The translations under genes and the position numbers were made by a program. From Octopus vulgaris (taxonomy: Eukaryota): a stretch of 64,000 bases of DNA. This document shows, piece after piece, positions 12,857 to 27,340 of the stretch. Position 1 is the first letter of the stretch. Every line of letters starts with the position of its first letter. The notes under the pieces are model-generated. The model was not told the origin of the DNA and did not search any database. It was given only the letters and a program-made list of their open reading frames with translations. The stretch lies in assembly GCA_951406725.2 (NCBI GenBank), contig OX597818.1, forward strand, positions 124,496,001 through 124,560,000, read 5' to 3'.

Positions 12857-14119
12857 TAGAGAGAGAGATAAAAATATACACACACACACATGCACACATA
12901 TATAATGCATCATTTTTGTCTGTTTCTTTGTCACAATATTTTATTGATATTTTCTCATAAAGGACTTCTACAGCAGTGCCACATCTGAACTTGACCTTAG
13001 AAGTGGTGCCAAAAAAGAGAAAGTCTTTCAAGCAATTATTTTATGGAAGCAGGAACTTGAAATAATGGTTTCTTTTGACACCACACAAAGGCCGTGTATC
13101 ACATTATATAGATAGAAGGAAATTAGACCTGAGCAATCTAACAATGGTGATTCTGTGGAGTCACTCATCCATTTAGATAGCTATAGCAGCCAAATCTTTC
13201 TTTCATTATGGTCTGCTACCTTAAAAAATGAGGACAAATAGCATAACGTAGTTCTAGGGTATACTAAGCATGAGAAAATAAAAAGACAAGCTCAGCACAA
13301 CTTGAATACTTCTTTTTCCTTTCATCATAGATCTACTTAATTAGAGCTGATATAGGATGAAACAACAGATGGAAATTGTAAGAAATATCACACATCCTTC
13401 AGGAGGTCCATAGCTGAACAGTTAAGATGTAGGTACAACCACTTTGGGAAAGTTAAGGACTAGAATGTCAAGGGTTAGAGCCCAGCTACCGCCTTCAAGT
13501 AACACCAGCAAAAGAGAGCTTAGAAGTGTTAACCTGGATTATGACTTAGAAATTATTATATTAGCTTTCAGATGTCACCTTGGTCCTATCTGAATATCAG
13601 AAGGTTAAGGGCTCATGCACTTGATTGACAGTGGTGTTTTGTTCTACTCTCCACTTCTCTCTTTCTCAAGAGAGTTTCTTACCTTTCTTTTTGGGATATG
13701 AAATAAGCTAATTTACAGTAGTATTCATGCTTTTCTCAGTTATGCTCTTCTCAGAGCAGTTATAGGTAAACTGTGACCCACAGGACTTTCTGAATGGTAC
13801 ACCAATTTTTTTTTATAGTTCAATTCAATTCACCTGATGATGGGTCTGTCCCTTATGGCCTGTTGCTCAAGGAAGGTTGCCATACCTGCTCTTGAGCAAT
13901 TGCTTCAAAACAGAAGTGAAGTTACTTCATCAAGGAATCAGAACTTGTTTGTGATTTCATTTCACCAAACTGTAAGAGTTCTATGGCACCTAATTTGAAT
14001 AGTTGTTCTATGGCACCTGATTTGAATAGTTGAACAAATAAATACATGTTATTTTATTCGCTCTACTAACCAAAAATCTGGAATTTTCCCACATATAGAA
14101 TGAAAGTAAATGTACAGAT

Positions 14120-14278
14120 AGAACACCTATAAAAATCAGCATTGCATGGAACTACAAGAATTCTTTGTAGGATTCTTGAAGCATGACCAGTAAACAAGTG
14201 TCACCTTAGTCTGCTGGCTGTGGACAGCTGACACTTTCCATCACACCCAACAAAATAAGCAGAGAGTTTTCAACAAAT
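14120..14278 (+). mobile_element. R4/Dong-clade LINE extreme 3' end followed by (AAT)n
   Basis: Matches the reverse complement of 56833-56980 (GAAGCATGACCAGTAAACAAGTGTCA.CTTAGTCTGCTGGCTGTGGACAGCT). Confidence 0.7.
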
Positions 14279-14478
14279 AATAATAATAATAATAATGGCT
14301 TCACATTTTTGCACTAGGCCAGCAATTTTGGGGAGAGGGTAAATCAGTTACATTGATCCCAGTGTTCGACTGGTACTTATTTTATCAACTCTGAAAGGAT
14401 GAAAAGCAAAGTCGACCTCAGTGGAATTTGAACTCAGCTCCCTGCCTTAATAATAATAATAGCAATAATAATAATAAT

Positions 14479-14519
<41 letters not shown>

Positions 14520-14520
<1 letters not shown>

Positions 14521-14864
14521 AGAAGTAGTGGGGGAGCATCATAGCCACGTGTTGAGAGGGATTCTTTGGGGTTTGAATAATTCACCTCTGGAAACATGGG
14601 TGTTTCGTTCAACATCCTTAAACAACCCTTATCCAGGGACCTTTCGAGTGGGATGGGTTACTCGACCTGAAGAAAATTCTAACTGGGCCCCACCTGCAAG
14701 GTCATGTGCTGTTTATTTTGATATGAGATCACCATGTCGCGCACATATTGTTGTGATGCATGTGCCTAGTGTACCCTTATCAGACGGGTAGTCATGATGG
14801 GTATATTGGGCTTCGTATATTTTACCCCAGTGTCACTTTGATGGCATGCACTGCTCTCTCACTC
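14520..14864 (+). mobile_element. Non-coding interspersed element embedded in (AAT)n, 5'-truncated
   Basis: Aligns with the reverse complement of 56193-56540; ends GCACTGCTCTCTCACTC then (AAT)n. A further fragment lies at ~24500-24680. Confidence 0.75.
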
Positions 14865-15469
14865 AATAATAATAATAATGATAATAATAATGGTTTCAAA
14901 TTTTGGCACAAGGCCAGCAATTTTTGGGGAGAGGGTAAAAAATAATAACAGGATAGAAGAAATAAGCATAAAACCTAGTCTAATACAGCTCAAAAAACAG
15001 TGTCATTAGGGACAACTAGGATGATTAGGAGGGTTCTTCGCATCTAAAGTTACTTGTTATTGCCCTTTGTTAGGAATTTTTTCCAACAGTTTAATCTGTT
15101 GCACATCAATGAAATGATGATGGTGGTGGTGGTGGAGGCGGTTACGGTGGTGGTGGTGGTGGAAGCGGTTACGGTGGTGGTGGTGGTGATGATGATGATG
15201 ATGATGATAGGAATTCTTTCTAATTTTGGCACAGTTTTGAGGGAAAGGAGCAAGTGAATTGCATCAACCCCAGTAACTGACAGGTATTTTATTTTATTGA
15301 TTTTGGTGGGATTTAAACTCATAACATAAAAAGGCAGAAGGAAAACCACAAAGTATTTTCCCAGCACTAACAATTCTATTTGGCACAAGGCCACAAATTT
15401 TGTATGAAAGAAACTGTCAATAGTGGCAGGGTTTATATATACCCTACAGTATTTTGTCAGATGCTCTAA

Positions 15470-15708
15470 CATGGGTTCTCAATTGGGGTCCATATAAGAT
15501 TTTCTTGTCAAAATTTCTGTGCAATAAATTGCTTATACTCCCACAATACACAAAATATTAAAAATTTTTTTTATACAATTCCTCGTAATATTTACCTATA
15601 AGAAATACAGTAGAATTTTTTTTATACACATCAAATGGCTAAGGAAGTCCAGTAGAATAAAATGGGAATCAAAGGGGTGCATAAACTAAAAATGGTTGAG
15701 AGCCACTG
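15470..15708. mobile_element. hAT-type MITE, old
   Basis: Imperfect TIRs CATGGGTTCTCAA / TTGAGAGCCACTG around an AT-rich interior. No clean TSD. Confidence 0.55.
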
Positions 15709-17706
15709 TTCTATCAGTTCTGTACAAGTCCACCTGGTATGTCTGTTTAAACATTTGTTATTCATAGGTTTTACATTCACTGCAAAGGAGCATAGTGTTG
15801 TAGTTGTCAAAGTGGCAATTATTTCAACCAAGTTTTTTTTTTCCATTATAAACTAGTAATTATCTGTTTCATGATTATTTTTCTTACATTATATATTGTC
15901 TTTGTGTTTCAATTAATTGTTAAAATAATCAAAATTTTTTTTTCAAAGAGTTTAATAAAATTATGCCCTTCTCCATTATCAAGCAGGTGTTCACAATATA
16001 ACATAAAATTCTAACATTAAATTTTGATAGAAGGTAAACATAAGCACTTTAAAATGGACAGTTTTATAGCATAGAACCAGGGGTTGGTCTCTGGTGGCAG
16101 CTTTCAAAGGGTTAAATGCTAAAAATACAAAAACTTAAAACAAGAAAACCAACAATTGCATTTAATCTTTTCTTCATAACTTGGACATTTTCCAACAATG
16201 ATGGAAAGAAAGCTGAGATTAAAGAGTTTAAACTCTGTGCAAAATTGAAATCTTGTAACTATTAATACTAAGAAATATTGAAACAGTTATCAGTTTTGAC
16301 AGCACAGTAACATTAGTATATGATAATGCACCAGTAGCCAATTGATTTCTACCAGGTCTGCGACTGTTTTGATTCTGAAAGTGAAAATGGATGGTGCTAT
16401 CACACTACATCATCATATATGAATCTGACAGTGATGAATAGGTCTTTACCATGATGAATAGGTCATATACCAAATACTTATTTTAATAGTAAAAAGAAGT
16501 AAAAAATAAACAGTCAAATGTAGTGTTCACAGATGAGAGAGCAGAACATATCAAATTAAGCATATTGTTGCATATAGTTTAGTTATATCTTTTTCATTTT
16601 TAAATTCAAATTTCACTGTGGTGAACTTTTACTTTCCATACCATTATGGGAGCCTTGGGCAAGTATCTACTACAATGGCCTGGGGCTGACCAAAGCCTTG
16701 TGAGTGGATTTGGGAGACCAAAATTGAAAGAAATCCACCATGTGTGTGTCTGTACACTCTGTGTGTGTACATGTGTGTCTTTGTGCCTGTGTTTGTCTGC
16801 CACCACCACTGGTGTCGGTATGTTCACATCTCCATAACTTAGCAGTTCAGTAAAAGGGACTAACAGAATAAGTACCAGGTTTTAGAAATAAAAAAAGGTA
16901 CTGGTATTGATTCATTTGACTAAAAATTCTTCAAGGCAGTGCCCCAGCATGGTCGCAGTCTAATGACTGAAACAAGTAAAAGATAAAAAATAATATATAA
17001 AGTACCAGTGACATATTGATTTCAAGTTTTGGCACAAGGCCGGCAATTTCAGGGGAAGAGATATGTCACTTAGATTGACTTCAGTGTCTAACTGGTACTT
17101 ATTTTATCAATCCCGAAAGGATGAAAGGCAAATTTGACTTCGATTGAATTTGAACCCAGAATGTAAAGACAGACAAAATACCACTGAGCATTTCGTCCAG
17201 CATGCTAACAATTCCGCCAGCTCACCACTTTCGAGTACCAGTGATATATTGGTGCTGACTCAACCCTTTCATAACAACATTTCTATTGAAATACACTGCC
17301 TTTGTTTCACTTAGTTTTGAATTTCAAGAAGAATTTAGTAAAATGACCTTGTCGTTATTTAGCTGGTGTTTAGGGTATAAATTAGCATGAAATTTTGATG
17401 CAAGGCTTTTGTTTCAATTACTTGAAAGCCTGAAGTTTGTATCATTGAACCAGATGTGATCTTGGACAAGATTGCTATATCTCCTTACCTACAAAATATA
17501 GCTTCATCTTTTATCTTTTACTTGTTTCAATCACTAGACTGTGGCCATGCTGGGGCACTGCTTTGAAAAATTATTAGTCAGTATTTATGATTTTTTTTTT
17601 TTTAAACCAATATTCAGTTGGTCACTTTTGCCAAACCGCTAAGTTACAGGGACATTCACACCAACACCTGTTGTCAAATGATGGTGAGGGACAAACACAG
17701 ACAATG

Positions 17707-17797
<91 letters not shown>

Positions 17798-18169
17798 ATT
17801 ATAAATACAGAAACACTGCCAGATCAGACTGGAGCCTGGTGCAGCCTTCTGGCTTCCCAGGTCCCCGGTCGAACCATCCAACCCATGCTAGCATGGAGAA
17901 CAAACGTTAAACGATGATGATGATACAACAGGATTCTTTCAAATTTCCTGGTATTGAAGGTGCTCTGAGCTCAAAGATGTACCCCAATTTTGACTCGAAA
18001 CTTTTAAGAAAAAACAGAATCAGATAAACATGAAAACAAATTCTGAACATGTTTTCACATATTTTGCAAAGATATCTTGTTTGTGGCTAAACAACATATA
18101 GAACCTATTGGTGAAATTATAGTTTGTTTTTTTTTTTTTGTTTTTTTTTAATTCTTACTGTAAAGGGTA

Positions 18170-18512
18170 AAGGGGTAAAGACCCCCTTCGGTCATGAATG
18201 ACCATGGGATTGCACCTCGAAAGTTACCCTCCTAGACACAAGTCCGGGCAAGGTTGTTTATGGAAGACCAGCAGTCGCCCATGCATACCAGCCTCCTCTC
18301 TCCACGCCACCAGTGTTATCCAAGGGAAAGACAAAGGTCGATATAGCTTGGAACCAGTGACGTCGCAACTCATTTCTACAGCTGAGTGAACTGGAGCAAC
18401 GTGAAATAAAGTGCCTTGCTCAAGAACACAACATGCAGCCCGGTCCGGGATTCGAGCTCACAACCTCATGATCGTAAGCTCGACGCTCTAACCACTGAGC
18501 CATGCGCCTTCA
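18170..18512 (-). mobile_element. tRNA-headed SINE (family D), near full length
   Basis: Minus strand GAAGGCGCATGGCTCAGTGGTTAGAGCGTCG...GCTCGAATCCCGGACCGGG (A and B boxes); 3' end ...GGGGTCTTTACCCCTTTACCCTTTAC. Confidence 0.8.
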
Positions 18513-19744
18513 CTGTACAGAGATACATTAAGCATAGCATAGATATCCTTCTTCTGGAACTAAATTTGGTTTATGGAAACATGTAACTTATATCTTTTTA
18601 GAACACAAGATAAATTTTCAAAATTTATTTTAGGTAAAAAAACATGTATCTTCAATATTGGCATACATGATAATCTTTCAGTCCAGCTCTAATATGTCTT
18701 TTTTTTAATTTTTATGATTTGCTTAGAGTAATATATCATGTGCTCTGTACTATATAGAATGTTTGTCAAATTTATCATCATTATCACTATCACCATCATC
18801 ATCATCATCATCACCATCATCATCGCCATCACTATCATCGTTTTAATATCCACTTTCCCAAGCTTGCATGAGCCTGGCAATAACTTTGTTGAAACAGATG
18901 ATATTCTTACATTTACAGTAGGATGCTTTTACTGTGGCCAACCCTCACCTGTTTCCAAGGAAAAAATAATAAGTCCAGGCACACTTTCACAGAGAAATAC
19001 AAACAAGTTCCACATGTGTTAAGACAATGGCAATACATATCCAATCATGCATGCACACACACACACACATACACACACACACACACACACAAACATGCAC
19101 AACAGTCTTCATCCAGTTTCCATCTACCAAATTTCACTCAGAAGACATTGGTCAACTCACAGATGTAGATGAAAACAGCAGTCAACAGTTTCCTCTCAGT
19201 GTGAATGAACCCTCAACCATGTGGTCCTATTACAAACTTCTTAACCACATGGCCATGCCTTTGTTAAATTAATATCATTACTATTTTATTACTGTAAGGT
19301 GGTGAGCTGGCAGAATCATTAGCATGCCAGGCAAAATGCTTAGCGGCATTTCATCCATTCTGAGTTCAAATTTTGCTGAGATCAACTTTGCCTTTCATTG
19401 TTTCAGTGTCAATAAATTCAGTACCAGTTGAGTGCTGGGGTCAATACATTTGACTTCACCCATCCCCCTGAAATTGCTGGCCTTGTGCCAAAATTTGAAA
19501 CTAATATTTTATTACAGAATGGCAGTAAGCAGGTAGAATTGTTACTGTATCATGAAAAATGCTTAGCAACATTTCTTCCATCTTTACATTCTGAGTTCAA
19601 ATTCCATCAAGGTCAACTTCGCCTTTTGTCCTTTCAGAGTCAATAAAATAAGTACCAGTTAAACATTGGGGTTGATGTGATCAACTTCCCTCCTCCCCTG
19701 AAATTACTGGGTCTGTGCCAAGATTTAAAAGCTATTGGGCCTCA

Positions 19745-20090
19745 TGGAGGCAAAGTGGCTGAGCTCCTTATGAGTGTTGGGCCTCACAGAGGCAACGACC
19801 AAGACCTTTGGCATTATGTTGTGCATGAGAAGAAGACCCATCAAGCTGAGCAAAATCGCAGTCGTGGCAGATACTGGTGTCACACAAATGGTCCCCATGC
19901 CGGTGGCACGTAAAAGTGCCCATTACACTCTCGGAGTTGTTGGCGTTTGGAAGGGCATCCAGCCATAGAAAACCACATCAAATCAGACTGGAGCCTGGCA
20001 CAGCCTTCCAGCTTGCCAACTCCAGTCAAACCGTCCAACCCATGCCAGCATGAACAACAGACATTAAATGATAATGCTGCTGATGATGAT
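19745..20090 (+). mobile_element. RTE LINE ORF end plus 3' UTR
   Basis: Degenerate ORF end (LGLTEA.T / DLWHYVVHEKKTH) runs into the family 3' UTR and a (GAT)-type tail. Confidence 0.65.
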
Positions 20091-20647
20091 GATTTTATTA
20101 CTGTGGCCTGAGTTATGATTAACAATAACACATAAGGCCAGATGACGATGCATCATCTCAACTATCTTTAGTGGCCTTTTGTAAGATAACATCAATTTCT
20201 TAGGTGGACACAAGGCTTCAGATTTACAAAAGAGACAAGAAATGAGATTGCTTATAGCATTCATGCTTTTCTTTACAGTATCTGAGATGTAATTAAAGTC
20301 AAGTGAAATGGTTGCACCCAGAGGTCATCAATGAAGATAAACTACAAACATTTAAAGCTAGATTGATTGGGATTTAGAGAGTTAAGTATCTTGGTGGTTG
20401 TGAATACAGGGCAGAATTGTTGAACAGATATAAATTGTCAAATCTTTGACCAGGGTTCTGACACTTTGACAAGTTAACCAACTACGACCCTTTCTTTGTT
20501 ATCTCGTTGTTTGTCTATATGTTAGTTTCAAATCTTATATTGATTGATGTTCAAATATTTTGAAAGTGATGTTCCAAACAGAATGCTGGAATGTACATGT
20601 ATAGAAATCGAATATGTTTGCATACATATGTGGGTATTCTTTATGAT

Positions 20648-20706
<59 letters not shown>

Positions 20707-21179
20707 TTCTTGTTCCAATTTTAATTCTCTATTTGAAGACCACTTACATCTCTAATATTCTTAAGAAAGACTTGTGCATTACAGCTTCCAATATTACAGC
20801 AATAAATGTGATTTTCTAAGGTTGTATAGACTAAGTCAAATATTGTACAGTAAGTCAAGCATATCTTACTGTGTGCATAGTTAAATTGCTGCAAAGCTAC
20901 ATAAAGTTAAAGGGTACAATAACCATGGTTCTGCAGTTAAAAAGCTGGCTTTGAAATTACATGATTTCAGGTTTCAATCTTACTGAATACCTCTTTAGGT
21001 GAGTGTCAACTACCTGAGTCTCGAAGCTGATCAATGTTTTATGGTTGAAATTTACAAGTTAGAAACTGTGCAGAAGCCTTTTGTATGTGTATGTGTGAGT
21101 ATGAATGTGTGTGTGTGTGTGTGTCACTTGTTGTATTTCTTCTTCCCTAGTTATGCAGAGCATCCCTTGTTATTTTCAC

Positions 21180-21604
21180 AAGCATTTGTCTTATGAAGAA
21201 AGGCTGAAGACGCTCGACCTTTATTCTCTAGAAAAACGCCACCGCCGTGGTGATCTCATTCTTGCTCACAACATCATAAGCGGAAAGTGTAACCTCTCGA
21301 AAGAGCTGTTCTTCACTCCTGCTCCAGAGTGTCGGCTGTGGGGTCACTCTGAAAAGCTCTATCTGCGACGATTTCATCTCAATCGAAGGAGAGGGGCTTT
21401 CTCCATCCGGGTTGCAGATCCGTGGAATAAGCTGCCGGACGAGATAGTGAAGATGCCGACGACCGCTCGGTTCAAAGTCTCCCTTGACCACAAGTGGCCT
21501 GAACTCTTTACATGAACACCACCCTGTACATAACTCCATGTCCCCTTACATGGCCTTGCTTTTTGCTTTTTGAGCCAAAAAATTAACTAACTAACTAACT
21601 AACT
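21180..21604 (+). mobile_element. CR1-clade LINE 3' end with (TAAC)n tail
   Basis: HLSYEERLKTLDLYSLEKRHRRGDLI...GHSEKL...FSIRVADPWNKLP, stop at 21515, tail AACTAACTAACT. Same family on the minus strand at 58145-58520. Confidence 0.85.
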
Positions 21605-21918
21605 CACCACCATAATAGCAGCAAACCAATAACTGTCTCAATGGAAAGCAATAACAAATGGAACTGGTGATCACCAAATGCAACATAAATTAAGCAAAAA
21701 TATATAGATAGACACAGGTGTGGTTGTGTGGTAAGAAATGTGCTTCTCAATCACGTGGTTCCAGGTTCAATACAATTGCAACACCCCTTGGGGGAGTGTC
21801 TTCTACTATTGCTCTAGGCTGACCAAAGCCTTGTGAGTGGATTCAACAGAGGGAAATTGGAAGAAATCTATTGTGTGTGTGTGTGTGTGTTTGCGTATGT
21901 GTGAGTGTGTGTGTTTGT

Positions 21919-21954
<36 letters not shown>

Positions 21955-22254
21955 ACACGTATCTTTGAGTTTGTGTTTGTCTCCCACCACTGCTTGACAA
22001 TCATTGCTGGTTTGTTTGCAACCCCCATAACATAGTGTGTAAAGTACCAGGCTTTTAAAGAAAATTAAGTACTGAGGTAAATTTGCTCAAGTAAAACCTT
22101 CCAAAGTGGTGTCCAAGCATGGCCACTTCCAACAACAGAAAAATGTAAAAGATAATAAGGTAAAGATACAGATGTTCAATTATATTGAACAGGCTGGCAG
22201 CCAACAACTATTCACAGGCACGATCCTACTACTGCTCAACATGGGGTCTTTTGC

Positions 22255-22307
22255 CTGCTACATTTCCACCCTGTGCCAAATTGACCATTTTTAGACAACC
22301 TGGTCCT

Positions 22308-22367
<60 letters not shown>

Positions 22368-22587
22368 TAGATATATACACACGCCTACACACACACACAT
22401 GTGCAGACACAGAGACTAACACACAACTGCTACGTTTCCACCCTGTGCCAAATTGACCATTTTTAGACAACCTGGTCCTGATAGATAGATAGATAGATAG
22501 ATAGATAGACAGATAGATAGATATAGATATATACACACGCCTACACACACACACACATGTGAAGACACAGAGACAAACACACAACTG
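22255..22587. repeat. Tandem duplication of a ~165-bp unit containing (GATA)n and (CA)n
   Basis: CTGCTAC(A/G)TTTCCACCCTGTGCCAAATTGACCATTTTTAGACAACCTGGTCCTGATAG starts at 22255 and again at 22427. Confidence 0.9.
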
Positions 22588-23696
22588 TATGCATATATAT
22601 GTGTATGAACGTGTATGCGTGTGTGTGCACGTGCGTGTGCATGCATGTATGAGTGTGTGTGTGTTCTCTTTATGTTTATTAGTAAGAATGGATGAGCATG
22701 AACCATTCAAGGAATATGAACAGACAGTTTGCATGACGTGATGCGTAAACCTACGTGGTGACGTGAGTTCTAAAGCATTCTGTCTTGTTTTTCAATATTC
22801 TAGTGTGAAATGATCAGATTGAACTCATAAGGGAATTAACAAATGGCATAGGTAGAATTTGCAAAAACAGGGAAAAAAAATCTGTTACTGCTGACCTATA
22901 AAACCCAAACTTGTAAAGATGATAAAGAAGCACAAAAATAGCTGACAGTAACCTAGAGCAGATGACAATAATGCTGTTAATGATGATGATGATGATGTTG
23001 ATGATGATGAGAAGGAGGAGGAGGAGGAAGAGAGGGGATTTTTTTTTTTTTATAAGAATTGTGATATAATGGGAATAACAACATTAGATATATTCTAAAT
23101 ACTCTCAAGCTATTTTTTCCTTACAACCAGCTGTTGAAGTGTATGTTTGCTTTTCTCCTTTAGTAATTACATATCGTTGTTTCATATACACACATACACA
23201 TGTTCATATATGCACATGTGCACATACACACACACACAAACATGCACCTATTTCCAATTATTTGTGTGCGTGTGTGTGTGTGTGTGTTACATAAATACAT
23301 AGATTTGTTTTGGTATGTATATTTATATCCATTTTCGTTTGTGTAAGTGTATATACATATGTGAAGATATATACACATATATAAATAGATAGATATGTGA
23401 AGATATATTTATATATAGATATAAATATATGTGCATACATCCATGTGTGTGTGTGTATACAGATAATGTGTGTATGTATATGTGTGAGAGTACATTAATG
23501 CATATTCATTGTTGTATAAATACATGTCCATATATAGAAATGTATGTTTACAAATATACATATATATATTTGTAAACATATATATCTATATTTATACACA
23601 CACTCACACACACACACCTATCATATATATATATATATACACACATATATATTTGTAAACATATATATCGATATTTATACACGCACACACACATAT

Positions 23697-23734
<38 letters not shown>

Positions 23735-24909
23735 CATATATATATATATATTTATATATACATATGTATATATACACACACACACATCCATACACACACA
23801 CACATATATATGCACAAATACACAAGCACACACATATATGAATGTACATATACACAAACACTTATTCCACAGCTCATCACGTACAAACGTATACTTCATC
23901 TCTCCTTTATGATATTCTGAAAACAAATACTGCACAGGTGATGCTCTTAAAGCTCTTACACCTGTCTTCCTTTGAAATCATAGAGATTCATCTTGGGGAA
24001 ATTACCATGTTCCGACATATAATAATATTATGTACAGAAGTATCCTTTTAATTGTGTGTCTCTATTTCTTTTTCTAATTCTGATTCAATTGTCATCATGG
24101 AAAAAAATAAATGGTAAAGCACGTAGAAAATCCCACTTCGTGGACAATGCCTACGACAGTAATAGCATATAATAACTAATGAGAAAGCCTCTACATAGTC
24201 GTTTGACTTGCTAGAAATACCACCTAGATTTTTTTTCTCATACCCTACAGAATATTTTGAAAGGAAACATTGGGTAAGATAGTCTGAGATATGCTGTGTC
24301 TGAACAAGCAGCAGAATAGTCCAAACTGGCCGTAAATCTGCTTGAGGTTTAATCTGGTGATATACAACAAAAGCGTAATAACAAACATAATAATACTGTG
24401 TAACACAATTTTTGTCCTCGAGTAGCAGATGTTATTTCATATTTGCTATCCCTAGAAAGCATGTAAAATGGCTAAATATTTCCTTCAAACTTTACTTTAG
24501 TAGCAATTATTCAAACCCCAAAGAATCCCTCTCAGCACATGACTATAATGGTCTTCCACTTCTCCTGTTCATGATCAGAGATGCATATATTGTCAGCCGC
24601 TAAGGGACATGCTCAAGTGCTTAAGGTCGAGTAACTAACAAGCAAATCTGTAGTATTGAGCTGATTATTTGCTATAATAATATTTCTGCTTCGGCAACTC
24701 AGAACTGAATCTATTTGAAAATAGGTCAGTTTCAAAATATTGATGTCTAGAACACAAAAGCAAAGTCTGAAGAGAATAGTAGTCACTTCCTTTGATTTCT
24801 AGCTAGAAGCAAATAGGAAACAACACTTACTGACCAAAGACAAAACAATGAAAAATTTAAAAACTTAAAAATTTGTTACACAGTAGACTAGTGATAAAAT
24901 TCTTATTCT

Positions 24910-25123
24910 CTTTATTCTTTTACTCTTTTACTTGTTTCAGTCATTTGACTGCAGCCATGCTGGAGCACCACCTTTAGTCGAGCAAATCGACCCCGGGACT
25001 TATTCTTTGTAAGCCCAGTACTTATTCTATCGGTCTCTTTTGCCGAACCACTAAGTGACGGGGACGTAAACACACCAGCATCGGTTGTCAAGCAATTATA
25101 GGAGGACAAACACAGATACACAA

Positions 25124-25160
<37 letters not shown>

Positions 25161-25298
25161 CATATATACGGCGGGCTTCTTTCAGTTTCCGTCTACCAAA
25201 TCCACTCACAAGGCTTTGGTCGGCCCAAGGCTATTGTAGAAGACACTTGCCCATGATGCCACGCAGTGGGACTGAACCCGGAACCATATGGTTCCGGG
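24910..25298 (-). mobile_element. SINE family A, missing part of the head
   Basis: Same body and tail as 3677-4090. Confidence 0.85.
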
Positions 25299-25477
25299 TT
25301 ATATTGAAGTTTAGTTACAATATCTGTTGGAAACACACACATGCATACCTTACAATCATTTTTATTTTAGTTCTGATACTATTGTATATCTTTTATATCA
25401 ATTATTTACTTGCTTCAGTTGTTAGGCTGTGACCATCAGGGGGAGCATCACCTTGAGCTCTCTCTCTCTCTCTCTCT

Positions 25478-25569
<92 letters not shown>

Positions 25570-25572
<3 letters not shown>

Positions 25573-25854
25573 GCGCAATGGCCCAGTGGTTAGGGCAGTG
25601 AACTCGCAGTCGTAGGATCGCGGTTTTGATTCCCAGACCGGCCGTTTTGAGTGTTTATTGAGCGAAAACACCAAAAAAGCTCCACGAGGCTCCGGCAGGG
25701 GGTGGTGATCCCTACTGTACTCTTTCACCACTCTTTCTTCTGTTGGCCTGCTCGCTTAGACAGTGGGGTGGCGTCATTCGAAGGCTAAAACAATGCGAAC
25801 GCATTGTGACCAGTGATGTGTAACTACATCTGATGGACTGGTCAGCCACGTGAT

Positions 25855-25860
<6 letters not shown>
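25570..25860 (+). mobile_element. tRNA-headed SINE (family C, short-tail variant) in a TA microsatellite
   Basis: Head GAGGCGCAATGGCCCAGTGGTTAGGGCAG...GGTTTTGATTCCCAGACC shared with 25953-26325; different 3' half ending CACGTGATCACGTGA. Confidence 0.8.
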
Positions 25861-25898
<38 letters not shown>

Positions 25899-25952
25899 AT
25901 ATGTATATATACATCATCATCATCATTTAAACCCTAAGCAGTCTTGTTATGT

Positions 25953-26325
25953 AGAGGCGCAATGGCTAGGGCAGCGGTCTCGCGGTCGTAGGATCGCGGT
26001 TTCGATTCCCAGACCGGGCGTTGTGAGTGTTTATTGAGCGAAAACACCTAAAGCTCCACGAGGCTCCGGCAGGGATGGTGGAGATCCCTGCCCTACTCTT
26101 TCACCACAACTTTCTCTCACTCTTACTTCCTGTTTCTGTTGTACCTGTATTTCAAAGGGCCGGCCTTGTTACTCTCTGTGTCACGCTGAATATCCCTGAG
26201 AACTGCGTTAAGGGTACATGTGTCTGTGGAGTGCTCAGCCACTTACACGTTAATTTCACGAGCAGGCTGTTCCATTGATTCGGATCAACTGGAACCCTCG
26301 TCGTCGTAACCGACGGAGTGCCTCA
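25953..26325 (+). mobile_element. tRNA-headed SINE (family C)
   Basis: Closely matches the reverse complement of 63610-63995. Confidence 0.85.
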
Positions 26326-26850
26326 GGAGTCTTGTTATAAAGTCACTTACTCAGTAAGTACTATTCTCTGATTGGTTCTGGTAGGGGATCTCAATGGTTT
26401 TGAGTTTATAATGGGTTAGAGATCAAATAAAAAAGTGATCACATGATTTCAGGTTTAGTCCCACTGCATGGTATCTTGGGCAAGTGTCTGCTTCTTTAGC
26501 TCCAGGCTGACCCAAGCCTTATGAGTGGATTTGGTAGATGGTAACAGAAAGAAGCTCATTGTGTGTGTGTATGTCTTTGTGTCTGTCTCCCACCATCACA
26601 TGATAACCAGTTTGGCATAAGAGAACCACAAAATAAGTACCAGATCCTAAAAAATTAAGTCCTGGGGTTGATTTGTGCAACTAAACCTGCCAAGATGGTG
26701 CCCCAGCATAGCCACAGTCCAATGACTGAAACGAGTAAAAGATTAAAAAAATAACGATACTTCACTAGGAAAGACTTTAAAAAAACTGCTTTGAAAAGCA
26801 CAGTTAAAGTATTTCCTACTTTCTTTTATTAATCATACATGTGTCATCAT

Positions 26851-27280
26851 ATCATCATCATCATTTAACATCCATTTTCCATGCTGGCATGGGTAAGACA
26901 GTTTGGTAAGCCAAAGAGCTGCACCAGGCTCCAGTCTGTAATGGCTTGGTTTCTATGGTTGGATGACCTTCCTAATGCCAACCACTCTACAGAGTGTACT
27001 GGGTGTCTTATAGATGTCACCAGCATGGGTGTCTTTTACATGTCACTTGCATAGATGCCTTTTATATGTCACTGGTACAGTTGCCTTTTCTGTGTCACTG
27101 GCATTGGCCACACCCATGATTTCACTTAGTTTGATGAGTCATCTCCTGCACATCAAATTGCCAGAAGTCTCAGTCGTTTGTCATTGCTTCCATGAGACTC
27201 AACAACCAAAAATAATATTTCACCACCTTGTCCCACGCCTTCTTGGGTCTACCTCTTCCATCGGTTCCCTGCACATTTAA
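26851..27280 (-). mobile_element. RTE LINE ORF end plus 3' UTR
   Basis: Minus strand encodes LNVQGTDGRGRPKKAWDKVVK (RTE-type 'GRP..W' C-terminus), then the family 3' UTR and (GAT)n tail. Confidence 0.75.
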
Positions 27281-27340
27281 TGAAATTATGAATAATACTC
27301 AAGCATTAGCATGGATTTTCTTAAACTCTAAATTATAATT

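Noticed and set aside
13834-13900. Isolated CTGATGA heptamers (also ~34297, ~48385, ~52913)
   Set aside because: No stem II followed by GAAA and no stem I complement.
25570-25640. SINE heads as genuine tRNA genes (also 18440-18512 and 63920-63995)
   Set aside because: A and B boxes are present, but they run directly into multicopy SINE bodies and I see no convincing acceptor stem.
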